DNA of 64,000 nt from positions 18,607,653-18,671,652 of the forward strand of contig NC_134028.1 of assembly GCF_964204645.1 (NCBI RefSeq). Direction: 5' to 3'. Positions 23,634 through 35,250 of this stretch are shown here, piece after piece. Numbering within the stretch: position 1 is the stretch's first letter; each line of letters opens with the position of its first letter. The stretch comes from Tubulanus polymorphus (Eukaryota > Animalia > Nemertea). Below the pieces are notes generated by a model that saw nothing but the letters and a program-made list of their open reading frames with translations, was not told the origin of the DNA and did no database searches. Both the position numbers and the translations under genes were made by a program.

Positions 23634-24135
23634 TATCATGCGGTACTTTACACAGCCATACTTTATATCTATTTAGTCTGATTTTGGCTTATAATGTTAT
23701 GTATTTAAAATAATGAAATGTCTTAATTTGTCATAGTTAATGTTATATCATAAACATATATTCCATATATTGTATCTATAAACTTAGTAACAGTTTTGTG
23801 TCAAACATTAATTAGCACCTGCAATTACTATAATCCCACAAACCTGTGTTGCTAATTGGTGTCGGACACTCAACAATTTAAGAGTAGTTATTCTCACATT
23901 ATATTAATGCCAACATGTCTAAACTGTGAGATAAATGTCTAGCAAGTATTGTTTATTTAGTAACTATGGCTAATTAACTATCAAACTCATGTCTCAGCTA
24001 GTTCTCAGCAGATGGGTATAGATACCCATGGAATGGAACTGCAGTCATTCTATTCTGCTGACAATATACTACATGAACGAGACCTCTGAGTTGCTCTTTA
24101 TTTAATTCAAGGACCGAGAAAACAACGGCATCATA
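23634..24135 (+). repeat. 5' LTR, 502 bp, TATCATG...CATCATA
   Basis: Matches the 3' LTR with about 10 substitutions, apart from a 300-bp indel. Confidence 0.92.
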
Positions 24136-24136
24136 C

Positions 24137-24145
24137 TGGTGGAGA
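24137..24145 (+). promoter_or_regulatory. Primer-binding site, probably tRNA-Ala
   Basis: TGGTGGAGA 1 nt after the LTR, complementary to the recalled tRNA-Ala end TCTCCACCA. Confidence 0.6.
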
Positions 24146-24173
24146 ACTATGGCTCGATGACCGGAAGAAATCC

Positions 24174-24983
24174 TATGAATCAGAATTATCGACAAACGCG
24201 AAGTTCCCCTATTCCGTCAACACTTCCGACGCAGGAACCTGTAGAAACAAGACCCAAGGGGCTGATAGTACAACCACCCGCACCAGACCAGCCTGATTGG
24301 GTGATGAACAACACCATGCCATGGGTAGAGTAGAAGCTTTTGACGGCCAGTCAGATGTTACGATGTGGTTACGTACATTCGAAACGTATTGTACGCTGAA
24401 CAATATTCCGAAAGAAAAAAGAATCAATTGATTCCTTTTTATCTCGAAGGGCCAGCGAAAACATGGTTTTATAACCTTGCTACGGCAGTGAGAGAGACAT
24501 ACGAGAATATCAAAGATAAATTGGTATTGCGGTTTAAAAAGCATTATTGGGATTCGCTTCATGATCTAAAACAAAAGGAGGCGGAGGCGACAGATAGTTA
24601 CATCCATTGGGTGGAGCAGGTGTCTGTAGGGGCACCCTCGGAGTTCGTCATCGACATGGCAATCAGAGGGCTAAAACCACATCTCCAGCTGCCAGCGAGG
24701 CTGAAAGATCATACATCTTTGGACGATTTAAGACGCCATATGGTGAATGTGAAACGAGCACCGTCAAATGGACCAGCAGTAGCAGCGGCTACAACTACAT
24801 CTGGGGAGTCTACGTTAATTTTGACGGCAATCAACAAATTGACGCAAGCCATACAGGCAAATTCGGATAATGGATTAAGGACAATGGACAGTATTATGTC
24901 GCAGGTACAGGAAAATACAGAGAATGTTCGAGCAGCAGTTGCAGCCGCAAACTATCAGCCGACACGTCGACATAACACCTATC
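24174..24983 (+). pseudogene. gag: gag, frameshifted and truncated by the Polinton insertion
   Basis: EAFDGQSDVTMW (alternate frame); IPFYLEGPAKTWFYNL, LKQKEAEATDSY, IRGLKPHL; the ORF stops at the Polinton terminus. Confidence 0.85.
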
Positions 24984-25172
24984 AGTAATAGGGGTAATAG
25001 GCTTTCAGATCGAAGGTCGAAGGGTCGAGCTCGTAAAAAAATGAAAATAACAATAATTTACAGTTGAATTAGTCGCGCACACTCCTAATTCAACTGTAAA
25101 TTATTGTTATTTTCATTTTTTACTCACTCGCCCCTTCAACCTTTAACCTGAAAGCCTATTACCCCTATTACT
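24984..25172. repeat. Palindromic Polinton left terminus, about 189 bp
   Basis: agtaataggggtaataggctttcag...ctgaaagcctattacccctattact; inner arms aaaaaatgaaaataacaataatttacagttgaattag / ctaattcaactgtaaattattgttattttcatttttt. Confidence 0.93.
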
Positions 25173-25181
25173 CTTAAAATA

Positions 25182-25186
<5 letters not shown>

Positions 25187-25219
<33 letters not shown>
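25187..25219. repeat. (TA)n microsatellite
   Basis: Direct reading. Confidence 0.95.
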
Positions 25220-25222
<3 letters not shown>

Positions 25223-25435
25223 ATAATTTACATGAATAACATTTAAATTGACAGATTATTCAATATAAAAGTGTAAGCTCTTATAGAATAGATATATAGA
25301 TATATTTACAACATTATTTCAATATTTATATTTGTATGAGTTAGATTTTTAAACATTAAAAGTGAGATTGAAATAATACATGATATAAATCATTGAACTT
25401 TTAAAATCAATTTTAATAAAAAATTTAGTATTAAA

Positions 25436-27973
25436 ATGGAAGCAAATAAGTACTACTGCCCAACATGTAATATCAATATAGATAAATCCCAAAAAGCAAG
25501 GCACAATAAAACCAAAACACATTTAGAGAATAAATTGAAACTAGAATATAAAGATGATATATTAGAAACTAAATTAGATGAATTAAAGAATGAAAAAGAA
25601 ACATACAAATGTGATACATGTAATCAATCATTCAGTGATAAAAGATATTATAAAGAACATTTAAAACCTTAAAAGTCATATTAGAAATAAGAATAATGAT
25701 ATTTTAGGTGAAGATTATTTTGATGAAGATAATGATAAGAAACAGAAGACAATTAAAAGCATAAAAAATAAATTAAACAATAAAAGACCATACATGGAAG
25801 ATGTAAGAAATTATATTAATTCATTAGATAATAAAAAAGATATAGAGATAACCGAAGCATTTAAAAGTGATATTGACCCAGCAGCTATCGAGTTTAAATT
25901 TCATAAAGGAAAAACATTAGAAGAAAATAAAAAACATTTAGAAAATATGAAAGAAATAATAAAAATAATAACTGATGTTGAATATCCTAAAATAAGTATA
26001 TCTTCTAAAGTAAAGTTTATAAAATCTGAAGATAAACCAATATATAATATAAATTCTCATTCACAACATATTATTTCAAAACAACATATAGATGATAAAT
26101 TAGATAAATGTTATAATGAAGTAAAAACTAAAATAGAAGAGAAATATTTTGAAGGATCTGGTTTAATATTTGATGAAATAATATTTATGACTTTACATGT
26201 TTATAACACAAAATATAATAAGTTAACTAAATCGAAACCAATTGATGAAAATAATGTATCATATTATAAAGAACCAGATATTGAAGCATCGAGTTATATT
26301 AAACTACCATTTAAAACTAATGCTGTAATAAATGTACAAAATGAAGATGATAAATGTTTTCTATGGGCTATAATAAGTTGTTTACATCCTGCAACTTATA
26401 ATATTTGTAGATTAACTCATTATAAACCATTTGAAAATAATCATAAGATAGATAAGTACCCTGTTAGAATTAAAAATGGCCCAAAGATAGAAAGAGATAA
26501 TAATTTAAGAATAAATGTATTTGATTTAATCAAATTACCAAATACAAAAGGTAACAACATAAAACATTATACATTAGAACCTTTATGTCTATCAAAAGAT
26601 TATGATTCAAACGATGTTATAGATATATTATATTATGAGAATCATTATATGTGGATTAAACAAATAGATTTATTCTTTAGAACAGAAAGTGATCACCATA
26701 ATAAAATATATCTATGTAGAAAATGTTTACATAAATTCAGTAATGAAAGTACATTATTAAATCATAAACAATTATGTGAAAATCATGATTATTGTAAATT
26801 AGTTTTACCAAATGAAAAAGATAAAATATTAGAATTAAAAAAATATGATTACAAAAATAAAGTTCCATTTGTTATATATGGAGATTTTGAATCATTAAAT
26901 AAAGAATTAACTGATCAAGATAGAAAAGAAATATATTATAAAAGAAAGAAATTAAATTCTAATGAAAATGATTTTTCAGATGAATCACCAAAAACAAATA
27001 CTATTAAAATGATTCATCAATCAGCTGCAGCTTTCGGGTTATATATTAAATCTGATTATCAAGAACTAATTGAAAGTGAATATTATCATTATATAAATGA
27101 AAATGTTATCAATCATTTTTGTGACTTATTAATTGAATATGAAATAAGGTAAGACTTGTGAAAATATCAGAAATAGAAATGATATTGAGTTAGTTTGTAA
27201 TGGTAAAATGATAAGGCATTTACAATCATATCCTAAGTTCATTGGTAACAGAATATTTGATGAAAATTTAGCCGCAGTTAAAATGAGAAGAACTTTTATG
27301 AAATTTAATAAACCAATCTATGTTGGCGCTTCAGTTTTAGAATTATCAAAATTACTAATGTATGAATTCTATTATAATGTATTACAACCACTTTTTGGAG
27401 AAAAACATATAGAAATATTACATTTTGATTTGATTTTGATTGACGGATTCTTACATATTTAAGATAAAAACTGATAACATAACTGATGATTTAAAAACAT
27501 TAAAACAGCATTTTGATTTCAGTAACTATCCTAAAAATCATGAATTGTTTAGCAATGATAATAAAAAAGTTCCAGGGAAGTTTAAGGATGAATTAGGTGG
27601 TGAAGAAATGATAGAGTTCATAGGTATAAGATCTAAAATGTATTCATATAAAACTAAAGAACAGGAAGCTAAAAAGTTAAAAGGAATAACCAAAAGTGTA
27701 GTAGAAAAGAGTATTCATTTCAAAGATTACATCAATTGTATATTCAATGAAGAAGCTAGAAAACATAAGATGAGATGTTTAAGATCTGAAGATCATGAAA
27801 TGTTTATTGAAGAAATTGAAAAGATAAGTCTAAACCCATTTGATGATAAAAGATTTATTTTAGATGATGGAATTCATACAGTTGCTTATGGTTGTAATTT
27901 AGATGAATACTTAAAATTTAAAAGAGAAGAAACAAAAGAGAACGAGATAATGAAAAGAATTCTAACGTGTTAA
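25436..27973 (+). pseudogene. Protein-primed family B DNA polymerase with N-terminal zinc fingers; central deletion at ~27147 and frameshifts
   Basis: CPTC/CDTC fingers; SSYIKLP, INVQNEDDKCFLWAI, CRKCL, VIYGDFES; jumps to GKTCENIRNR, NKPIYVGASVLELSK, TDS, PGKFKDE, RSKMYSY, KLKGI, LNPFDDKR. Confidence 0.92.
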
Positions 27974-28002
27974 TCAAATTTTAATAAAAATATGTTATTA
28001 GA

Positions 28003-28356
28003 ATGGAGAGTAAACAAGCACACAGTGAGAACAACAAATCATTTCTAGATAGAATAAAAGATACTTCAAATGTCAAATCAGTAGATTTTAAATTTAAGAA
28101 GTTAAAAGAATTAACAATCCATAAGAAATATCTAATTACAGATATTGTTACAGTTACTAACAAATATGGAGATAAATTAGTTATACACTTAGAATATGAA
28201 GGATTAAAAGGAAATACATATTAATTCAGAACATATTTACCGGATAGATTTCATAGATTATCAAGTGAAGATCTAGAAGAATTATGTTCTGGTGATTTCT
28301 ATTTCGTATACAAAGGTAAGAATGAAAAGGGGCACCATGAAATAGATTTCGAATAA
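28003..28356 (+). pseudogene. Small Polinton ORF of unknown function (internal stop)
   Basis: ORF 28003-28224 reads on past a stop as FRTYLPDRFHRL; homolog at 52622-52915. Confidence 0.6.
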
Positions 28357-28373
28357 GAAAATATGTAAAATAA

Positions 28374-28422
28374 ATGGCGGAATTAAAAGAATACAGAATA
28401 TTTGTTGATTCTAGAAGACTTA
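28374..28422 (+). pseudogene. 5' end of the penton/minor capsid gene, cut by BEL/Pao
   Basis: MAELKEYRIFVDSRRL joins in frame to 34585 onward once the element and one TSD are removed. Confidence 0.7.
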
Positions 28423-28666
28423 TGCTGGTGAATGACTGTAATGGTACTGTGATCCTCTGGTTATTGGTAAGAGACAACGTAACAAGACCTGGTTACTGTA
28501 TACTGACTGACTGGGAACATTTATTCGGAGCTTATATACAACAATTATGAAAGAGAGGATTATTTTGACATTTGAATGGTTTTGAGTTTGAACAGTTTTG
28601 GTTGATTTGGTACCTGTAATATAATAGTATAGTACTGTAATATAAGCCTATATACAATTCCCGACA
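28423..28666 (-). repeat. BEL/Pao 3' LTR
   Basis: Direct repeat of 34336-34579. Confidence 0.97.
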
Positions 28667-28868
28667 TTCTCCGGGGCGCAAAGAGTCTTAGATGATGATC
28701 CGTGATCTATTGAAGTCCAGCGTTACGTCATAACGATTATGACAATTATTGAATAAACGTACACATATCGATTTCACGATTATTTTACGACGAACGTATA
28801 TCACAACGGGTAATGATCGATTTCATTACGAAATTTCAGATCGAAATTTCACGACTTATGTATCACAA

Positions 28869-31800
28869 TTAACACGGCGACAACTCGTATAAATATACAC
28901 TACTCACTATCACTATTGCCCTCCGGGGCACAGAGTTTTCCTGTTCGTAGATTCGTAGTATTCGTTCCCGAGCGGTATCGGCAGCTTGTCTTCTGGGCCG
29001 AGTGTCCGAGCGCGACGAGTCACACGATTGACTATTAGTCGGTTGTAGTTCCTCCGGATATGAACAGGTAACTTCTAACGGCACTAATTTAGCTAGCGGC
29101 CTGTTCGTGATTCCGTTGGCGGTACGTAGAGAAGCTGATCGAGGGAACCCGTCTCTCCCATACTTAATATCAATAATAATTCCCATCTTCCACTTTACCC
29201 GGGGAGAATCATCACAAATATGTACCAAATCCCCTTTTTTAACCTTGATGTCATAATGACCAGAGGAGTTTGTAAAGCGTTCAAGGTATGTAAGGTATTC
29301 ATTACGCCATCTTGCCCATAATTGTTGGAAAACAAAACTCATGTGCTTCATGCGTGAGGTCAAACTTGCACTCGTCAGAAAGTCTGGATCAGATAAGTTA
29401 TCTGATTCAAGTTTAACATGGGGAAGGTTTCTAATACGACGACCGTGAATTAAATGTGCAGGAGTTATAGGTTCGGGGTCATCAAAATTTGATGACATGT
29501 AGGTAAGAGGTCGATCGTTGACGACTGCCTCGATTTCTGAAACGATTGTTATCAATTCAGTGCTAGAAACGCGTGCGCGACCTAAAACCTTCTTCAGACA
29601 AGTCTTAACGATGCCAACCAGCCGTTCCCAATACCCTCCCATCCAAGGGGCACGTTTGGGAATAAATGCCCACTCGACGTGCTCAATTGCCAGCTCATGT
29701 GTTAGAGAGGGAGAGGAAAGTAACGTTTTTATTTCTTTAGACGCGCATTCAAATGTCGAGGCGTTGTCAGACATCATTTTCTGCGGAGAGCCTCTGCGAC
29801 TCGCGAATCTTCTAAAAGTATGCATGAAAATTTCCACTGATAAACATGGAACAACCTCTAAATGCACAGCTCTGGTGACTGCGCAGGTAAAGAGGCAGAT
29901 GTACATTTTACCTGGTTCGTCTTTAACTGGAATTTCCCCAGTAAAGTCGACGCCGCAAATCGCGAAAGGTCGCATTTCGTTTACGCGTAGAGATGGTAAA
30001 GGTGGACTGCGTGGCGTCATGTACGACTTACCAATTACCTTTCTACAGATGATGCATTTTTGTATAATGGATTTAACGACTTGGCGCGCACGGGGCACCC
30101 AATACTTTTGACGCAATGTAGTCACCGTCTGTGTAACACCTACATGTTTGGAACGTTCATGGCTATCCCAAACGATAAGAGTAGTAAATTCATCGCGTGG
30201 TGGTAGTAACGCGGGAAAACGAGTCTCTGGAGCTAAATCACAATTATGTATACGCCCTGATGACCGTAAAACACGATTGTGGTCAAGGAATAACCGGAGC
30301 TGATTAATCATAGGTTTAGATCTAGTACTCGTTTTAGTTTCAATACATTCTATAATGTCATGATAATGAACCGACTGAGTCTGCTTCACTATTGCTAATT
30401 CAGCATCCTTGAGCTCAGACGCTGTAATCGGTTCCAGGTTTTTATTTCTCGATTTGAGACAAGAAACGAATCGTAATACGTAAGCCATGATGCGTAATAC
30501 TTCCCGCAATGACGTGAATTGCGATACTTCAATAACAACGGGCCGGACATCAGAATTAGTCATTAATAACGATTTGCATTCTGTTTCAAACAATGAAATT
30601 TCAGGGAGATGGCTTGCGCTAGGATGAGTAGGCCAGTTATCTTTCCTTGAAAGCCAAGATGGGCCACTAGCGAGAGTGAAACTATCACAGCCCCTACTCA
30701 AAACATCACTAGGATTACTGCTAGATGGGACATAACGCCAGTTGTATTGTGATGTTAAACTACTGATCAAGTTTACCCTATTTCTTACGAATACTGGTAA
30801 GGATTTAGACGAATGAATCCATCCTAGTGTGACTAAACTATCAGACCAGAGAAAAACTTCTACATCTAGTTCTGACCCTAGACTATCAACAATATGTTGG
30901 GCAAGTCGCGCCGCAACGACAGCGGCCGACAGTTCTAGTCTCGGTATAGACATCGACTTAACGGGAGCAACCCGGCTTTTAGACATAACGAGATAACTCG
31001 AAGTAATATCCGGAAAAGACAGATATGCGCAAGCGCCGAAAGCTTTTGCAGATGCGTCCGCGAACACGTGTAGTTGTTCTGAACCGACACCGACTGTCGA
31101 GACAGGAGATCTAGGCACTGTGATGGATTCAACTGCTCTTTGGAGATCGCGTATAATCGGTAACCACGAATCCAACACGGTGGCATCGAGCGGTTCGTCC
31201 CACTCTGTACCTAACGACCATAGATTTTGTATGAATATTTTGGCCCTAACGGTTATGGGTGCGATGAACCCAAGTGGATCGTATACCTTACTTGCGTCAC
31301 TTAAAATCTCGCGCTTAGTAGCAAAATTAGTTGTAATGCTGGGTTTTGTCGAGAAACTAAGTAAATCATTATCAACATTCCAATGAAGACCTAGAAATTT
31401 AACGATATCTGACTCATCTAAGATCCCTTCAGAACGCGCGAGTTCACGCGTAGATTTGCAATTTGTCGCCCAAGACCGCAAATTGAATTTTGCATCTGAC
31501 ATGATTTTGCGACTTTCGTGGAAATAGTGATCCAGCTGATCCGGGGATGAATATGAAACTCCAAAGTTATCAACATATACATTTGTAAGCATTGAAGATG
31601 CAACAGCAGTGCTGTATTCGGACAAATGTTTGATGACTGTAGAATTTAAGATAAAGGGAGATGAAGTTGCCCCAAATAAAACAACTTTGAACCTATAATG
31701 AATGAACCTACTCTCAGGATCAGCTAGGTCACTCAACCAGAGAAAACGAGTGTAATCTCTGTCGCTGTCTGTAAGCAATATTTGTAGAAAAGCCTTTTCT

Positions 31801-34286
31801 AAATCGGAGATGGCAGCGTACCCGTGAAGCCGAAAACGGATAAGAATGGATGTAATATCGTGTTGCAGTGGAGGACCGGCCTCCAAACAATCATTTAAGC
31901 TACGAGAATATCTACCTTCACTACAACTGCAATCAAAAACAATGCGTACTGGCGTTGTTGCAGATTTGCGGAAAACAGGGTGGTGCGGGATATAATGCAC
32001 ATTATTCGCGTCAATTTCATCGGGCGGAATTTCTTCAATAAAATCGCGCGCTTTCTGATCATTTATTAGATCAGAATAAAGTTTCAACATAGGAGGATCT
32101 TTAGCTAGTCGACGCGCCGTTGATCGCGTTCGTGCATTAGAAACATTGAAGTTTGAAGGTAGAGTGTCAAAATCGTCCTTCCATGGTAGCGGAGCAATAT
32201 AACGACCGGTTTGATTTCTCGTAATTGTACTGTTATATCGATGCATGAAATCTAATGTATCGGAATCATTGGTGTCCGTAAGAATCTGAATTTCCCAAAA
32301 CTTCTGCAACTTTGCATTATCAGAAGAATGACTACGTACAATGGTAAGCATAGACAAAACAGTAGAAGTACGAGAATCATTATGGACAGGTCCAGATAAA
32401 ACATACCCTACTTTGGTTTTGACAGCAATGGGATCAGACTCAAATGGACCCTTGATTAATTCACCCTCAACTAATTTATAATACTGGTCGGCCCCTATCA
32501 GCATTTGTATGACGAATATGCCAGACATGGAAGTCGGAGGGTGAGCTAAGTCTAGGCCAATAAGATGAGGACAATCCTTTGCTCTATTTACCGATGAAGT
32601 GCTAAGCGGTGAAGCAATCGTATCTGTTACGATTAGCTCAACTGTAACAATTTCAGTCCGACACTGAATGGCTAAATTCACGACGTCCATTACTCGACAT
32701 TCCAAAGTTTCTGCGCCGAATCCTGATAGTTCTATTATTTCGCGTCTAATAGGCTTTAAATCCAAGGAAGTGGCTAAATCTTGCGAAATAAACGACCGTT
32801 GCGAGCCGTCATCAAATACTAGGTTCGCTGATGCGCATGAATTCTCGACGCTAGGGACAAAAACGCTGACGACCGCGGTTTTCAGAAGTATTGCATTATC
32901 AGAACTAGTAAACATTTGAGTTGTGCGATTACGACGCGGCGCGGGACGTGAAACAGTCCGAGGTATAGAGCGTGGAGCAGGACGTGGCACGGTATTGTTT
33001 ACTGGCTGTATACCTGAGGCCTGTTGTTCATTCGACTTAAAAGTTTGACCTTGCATGTTGCTGTTCAAAATATCAGGACATATGCTACTGTGGTGCTTAC
33101 GCTTGCAAGTTTTGCAATTAAATCGAGATGTACATGTAGCAATTCTATGAGGGCCTAGACAGTTATAGCACAAATTGTTGGTTTGTATAAAGGCAATGCG
33201 TTGGTCACGCGTTACAAACTCCCTGCAATTCCCCGTGTAATGATCGTTTGAACGACAAAAAGTACACGTCAATGATTTAGGTCCAAACCCGGGTGATGTG
33301 GAAGGTACAACACGATTTAAACTAGAATTTTGACCATTCGCCCCCTTTTGGGCAACTACTAAACTAAGGGATTTAACCGCATCGAATCCAGCTTCTAACA
33401 CGTCGACTTCTTTCAATAAAAACAGTCTCAGTTCCGATAGAGTATACCTTTGATTACCGTTATAGCGCACAATACTACATCTAACGTTAGACGGAAGTTT
33501 ATTCCAGATTAATGAAACAAGCATATCGCTGTAGGACATATCACCTAATGTTTCAAGAGACCTAATATGACACTCAATTCTATCTCGAAAATTTCGTAAT
33601 GACGTCAGGTTATATGACGGTGCGGGTTCCGACATCAGAGCTTGCATGTGAGCATCAATGATAAGGTGCTCTTGGCCATAGCGTTGCGTTAAAATATCGA
33701 TGGCGTGATGATAATTTGACTCAGTGAGAGTGAGTCCTTGTATTGAACTCAACGCTGATCCGGACAGAAGAGATTTCAGATATTGGAATTTCTGGACCGG
33801 TGCGATATTTGAAACTGAATGGACTGCTGCAGCGAACGAATCCCAAAACGGTAACCAATTCATAATCTCCCCATTAAACTCTACCAATACTAATTTTGGC
33901 AAGTTGGTTCTGGGTGACGCAAGTTTAGAGGCATTGCTCATCGGTGGAGGCTCTACGGAATTATGTGAGGAAATGTATTGTTCGTAAAACAACTTACGAT
34001 CTATCGCGTCTCCGATTACCGATTCCGCTTCATCTGCAATTGTCGCGTACAGGGTGTCGCACGTGACCATTTCCAACATGGAATCGTTGATGATTGACAG
34101 CTCATGTATCTTATCTTCAAGCCTCTTGATTAAGCGCTGAAGTTTTTGCAGATCTGGAAGTTGAGCTGTCTGGGTATTGACGATTGTGTCTGCGTCTTTG
34201 CAGATCTTAGTAACCTGTCCTCTTTGAGCAGATCTTTTCCGGAAGAGAGCCTGGTATTCGGACGAGTTGGTGACTTCTTCGCCCAT
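28869..34286 (-). CDS. BEL/Pao Gag-Pol polyprotein, 1805 aa
   Basis: LPKL..FNG..W..FWDSF gag, three Cys/His knuckles, FDDGSQRSF protease, YIPHHPV/RIVFD/YVDN RT, HVFADAS RNase H, GVDF/SDNA/WERLV integrase. Confidence 0.97.
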   Translation of the reverse strand: MGEEVTNSSEYQALFRKRSAQRGQVTKICKDADTIVNTQTAQLPDLQKLQRLIKRLEDKIHELSIINDSMLEMVTCDTLYATIADEAESVIGDAIDRKLFYEQYISSHNSVEPPPMSNASKLASPRTNLPKLVLVEFNGEIMNWLPFWDSFAAAVHSVSNIAPVQKFQYLKSLLSGSALSSIQGLTLTESNYHHAIDILTQRYGQEHLIIDAHMQALMSEPAPSYNLTSLRNFRDRIECHIRSLETLGDMSYSDMLVSLIWNKLPSNVRCSIVRYNGNQRYTLSELRLFLLKEVDVLEAGFDAVKSLSLVVAQKGANGQNSSLNRVVPSTSPGFGPKSLTCTFCRSNDHYTGNCREFVTRDQRIAFIQTNNLCYNCLGPHRIATCTSRFNCKTCKRKHHSSICPDILNSNMQGQTFKSNEQQASGIQPVNNTVPRPAPRSIPRTVSRPAPRRNRTTQMFTSSDNAILLKTAVVSVFVPSVENSCASANLVFDDGSQRSFISQDLATSLDLKPIRREIIELSGFGAETLECRVMDVVNLAIQCRTEIVTVELIVTDTIASPLSTSSVNRAKDCPHLIGLDLAHPPTSMSGIFVIQMLIGADQYYKLVEGELIKGPFESDPIAVKTKVGYVLSGPVHNDSRTSTVLSMLTIVRSHSSDNAKLQKFWEIQILTDTNDSDTLDFMHRYNSTITRNQTGRYIAPLPWKDDFDTLPSNFNVSNARTRSTARRLAKDPPMLKLYSDLINDQKARDFIEEIPPDEIDANNVHYIPHHPVFRKSATTPVRIVFDCSCSEGRYSRSLNDCLEAGPPLQHDITSILIRFRLHGYAAISDLEKAFLQILLTDSDRDYTRFLWLSDLADPESRFIHYRFKVVLFGATSSPFILNSTVIKHLSEYSTAVASSMLTNVYVDNFGVSYSSPDQLDHYFHESRKIMSDAKFNLRSWATNCKSTRELARSEGILDESDIVKFLGLHWNVDNDLLSFSTKPSITTNFATKREILSDASKVYDPLGFIAPITVRAKIFIQNLWSLGTEWDEPLDATVLDSWLPIIRDLQRAVESITVPRSPVSTVGVGSEQLHVFADASAKAFGACAYLSFPDITSSYLVMSKSRVAPVKSMSIPRLELSAAVVAARLAQHIVDSLGSELDVEVFLWSDSLVTLGWIHSSKSLPVFVRNRVNLISSLTSQYNWRYVPSSSNPSDVLSRGCDSFTLASGPSWLSRKDNWPTHPSASHLPEISLFETECKSLLMTNSDVRPVVIEVSQFTSLREVLRIMAYVLRFVSCLKSRNKNLEPITASELKDAELAIVKQTQSVHYHDIIECIETKTSTRSKPMINQLRLFLDHNRVLRSSGRIHNCDLAPETRFPALLPPRDEFTTLIVWDSHERSKHVGVTQTVTTLRQKYWVPRARQVVKSIIQKCIICRKVIGKSYMTPRSPPLPSLRVNEMRPFAICGVDFTGEIPVKDEPGKMYICLFTCAVTRAVHLEVVPCLSVEIFMHTFRRFASRRGSPQKMMSDNASTFECASKEIKTLLSSPSLTHELAIEHVEWAFIPKRAPWMGGYWERLVGIVKTCLKKVLGRARVSSTELITIVSEIEAVVNDRPLTYMSSNFDDPEPITPAHLIHGRRIRNLPHVKLESDNLSDPDFLTSASLTSRMKHMSFVFQQLWARWRNEYLTYLERFTNSSGHYDIKVKKGDLVHICDDSPRVKWKMGIIIDIKYGRDGFPRSASLRTANGITNRPLAKLVPLEVTCSYPEELQPTNSQSCDSSRSDTRPRRQAADTARERILRIYEQENSVPRRAIVIVSSVYLYELSPC

Positions 34287-34335
34287 CTTGATCGCTGAAT
34301 CCCTGTTTCCACTAATTGCTCGAGAGGGACCACAA

Positions 34336-34579
34336 TGCTGGTGAATGACTGTAATGGTACTGTGATCCTCTGGTTATTGGTAAGAGACAACGTAACAAGA
34401 CCTGGTTACTGTATACTGACTGACTGGGAACATTTATTCGGAGCTTATATACAACAATTATGAAAGAGAGGATTATTTTGACATTTGAATGGTTTTGAGT
34501 TTGAACAGTTTTGGTTGATTTGGTACCTGTAATATAATAGTATAGTACTGTAATATAAGCCTATATACAATTCCCGACA
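34336..34579 (-). repeat. BEL/Pao 5' LTR
   Basis: Direct repeat of 28423-28666. Confidence 0.97.
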
Positions 34580-34584
34580 ACTTA

Positions 34585-35084
34585 TAAATTATAAATCACA
34601 TAATTTACTAGTACAATTAGATAGAGAATTCAAGAATTGTGTTGATTTAAAATTAGTTAATATAAGTTTATGTAATTCTTTTTACAATGTATCGGATAAA
34701 ACTTTTGAACATAGAGGGTTTATGATTTATATGAGAAATAAAGATAAATGGTTTCATATATTTTTAAAACCAGGATTATATAATTTAGAATCATTAGCGC
34801 AGGAAATTAATAGAAGAGCTCGGTTGAAAATGGGGGGTACTTCTGTATTTGAAATTAAATTTAATAAAATTGATAGTACTAATAAAATAAGAATAAAGAT
34901 TTCTAATGAGCAACATAAATTTATGGTAAACAAACCAATGGCTAAAATGTTAGGAATTAAACCGCTTACAGTTACTGGAAACGCAGAAGGCATCTCAAAT
35001 ATAATACCTTTTACACACTTTTATATTTATTGCAATTTAATCGATCCTACAAAAACTTTCGAAGCAACTAAAGAAACAATTTGA
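34585..35084 (+). pseudogene. Penton/minor capsid protein-like gene, 3' part
   Basis: LCNSFYNV, LKPGLYNLESL, FYIYCNLID resemble Polinton minor capsid motifs. Confidence 0.65.
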
Positions 35085-35250
35085 ACAAAAGAAAAGATTT
35101 TATGAATTAGATGAAGATTTTATCATCGATGATATTAAAAAAATAATAATTGAAATATATACAAATGAAACTAGTAATGAAATAAATGTTGAATTAATCA
35201 TCACTAAGATAACTAAATATTTTGATGATAGTAATTTTTTTGATAAATAA

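Larger units (their letters stand above)
28423..34579 (-). mobile_element. Intact BEL/Pao LTR retrotransposon
   Basis: 244-bp TG...CA LTRs (28423-28666, 34336-34579) with no differences seen, 5-bp TSD ACTTA, PBS TGGTCCCTCTCGAGC (tRNA-Tyr-like), one long ORF. Confidence 0.97.

Noticed and set aside
22816-25172. A single small element bounded by the two inverted palindromes
   Set aside because: Homology continues outward into AT-rich genes on both sides, so these are the ends of two separate elements; one of them cuts gag.
29518-33987. Plus-strand ORFs inside BEL/Pao, and similar ones inside Gypsy and Polinton genes
   Set aside because: Antisense shadows of real coding frames.
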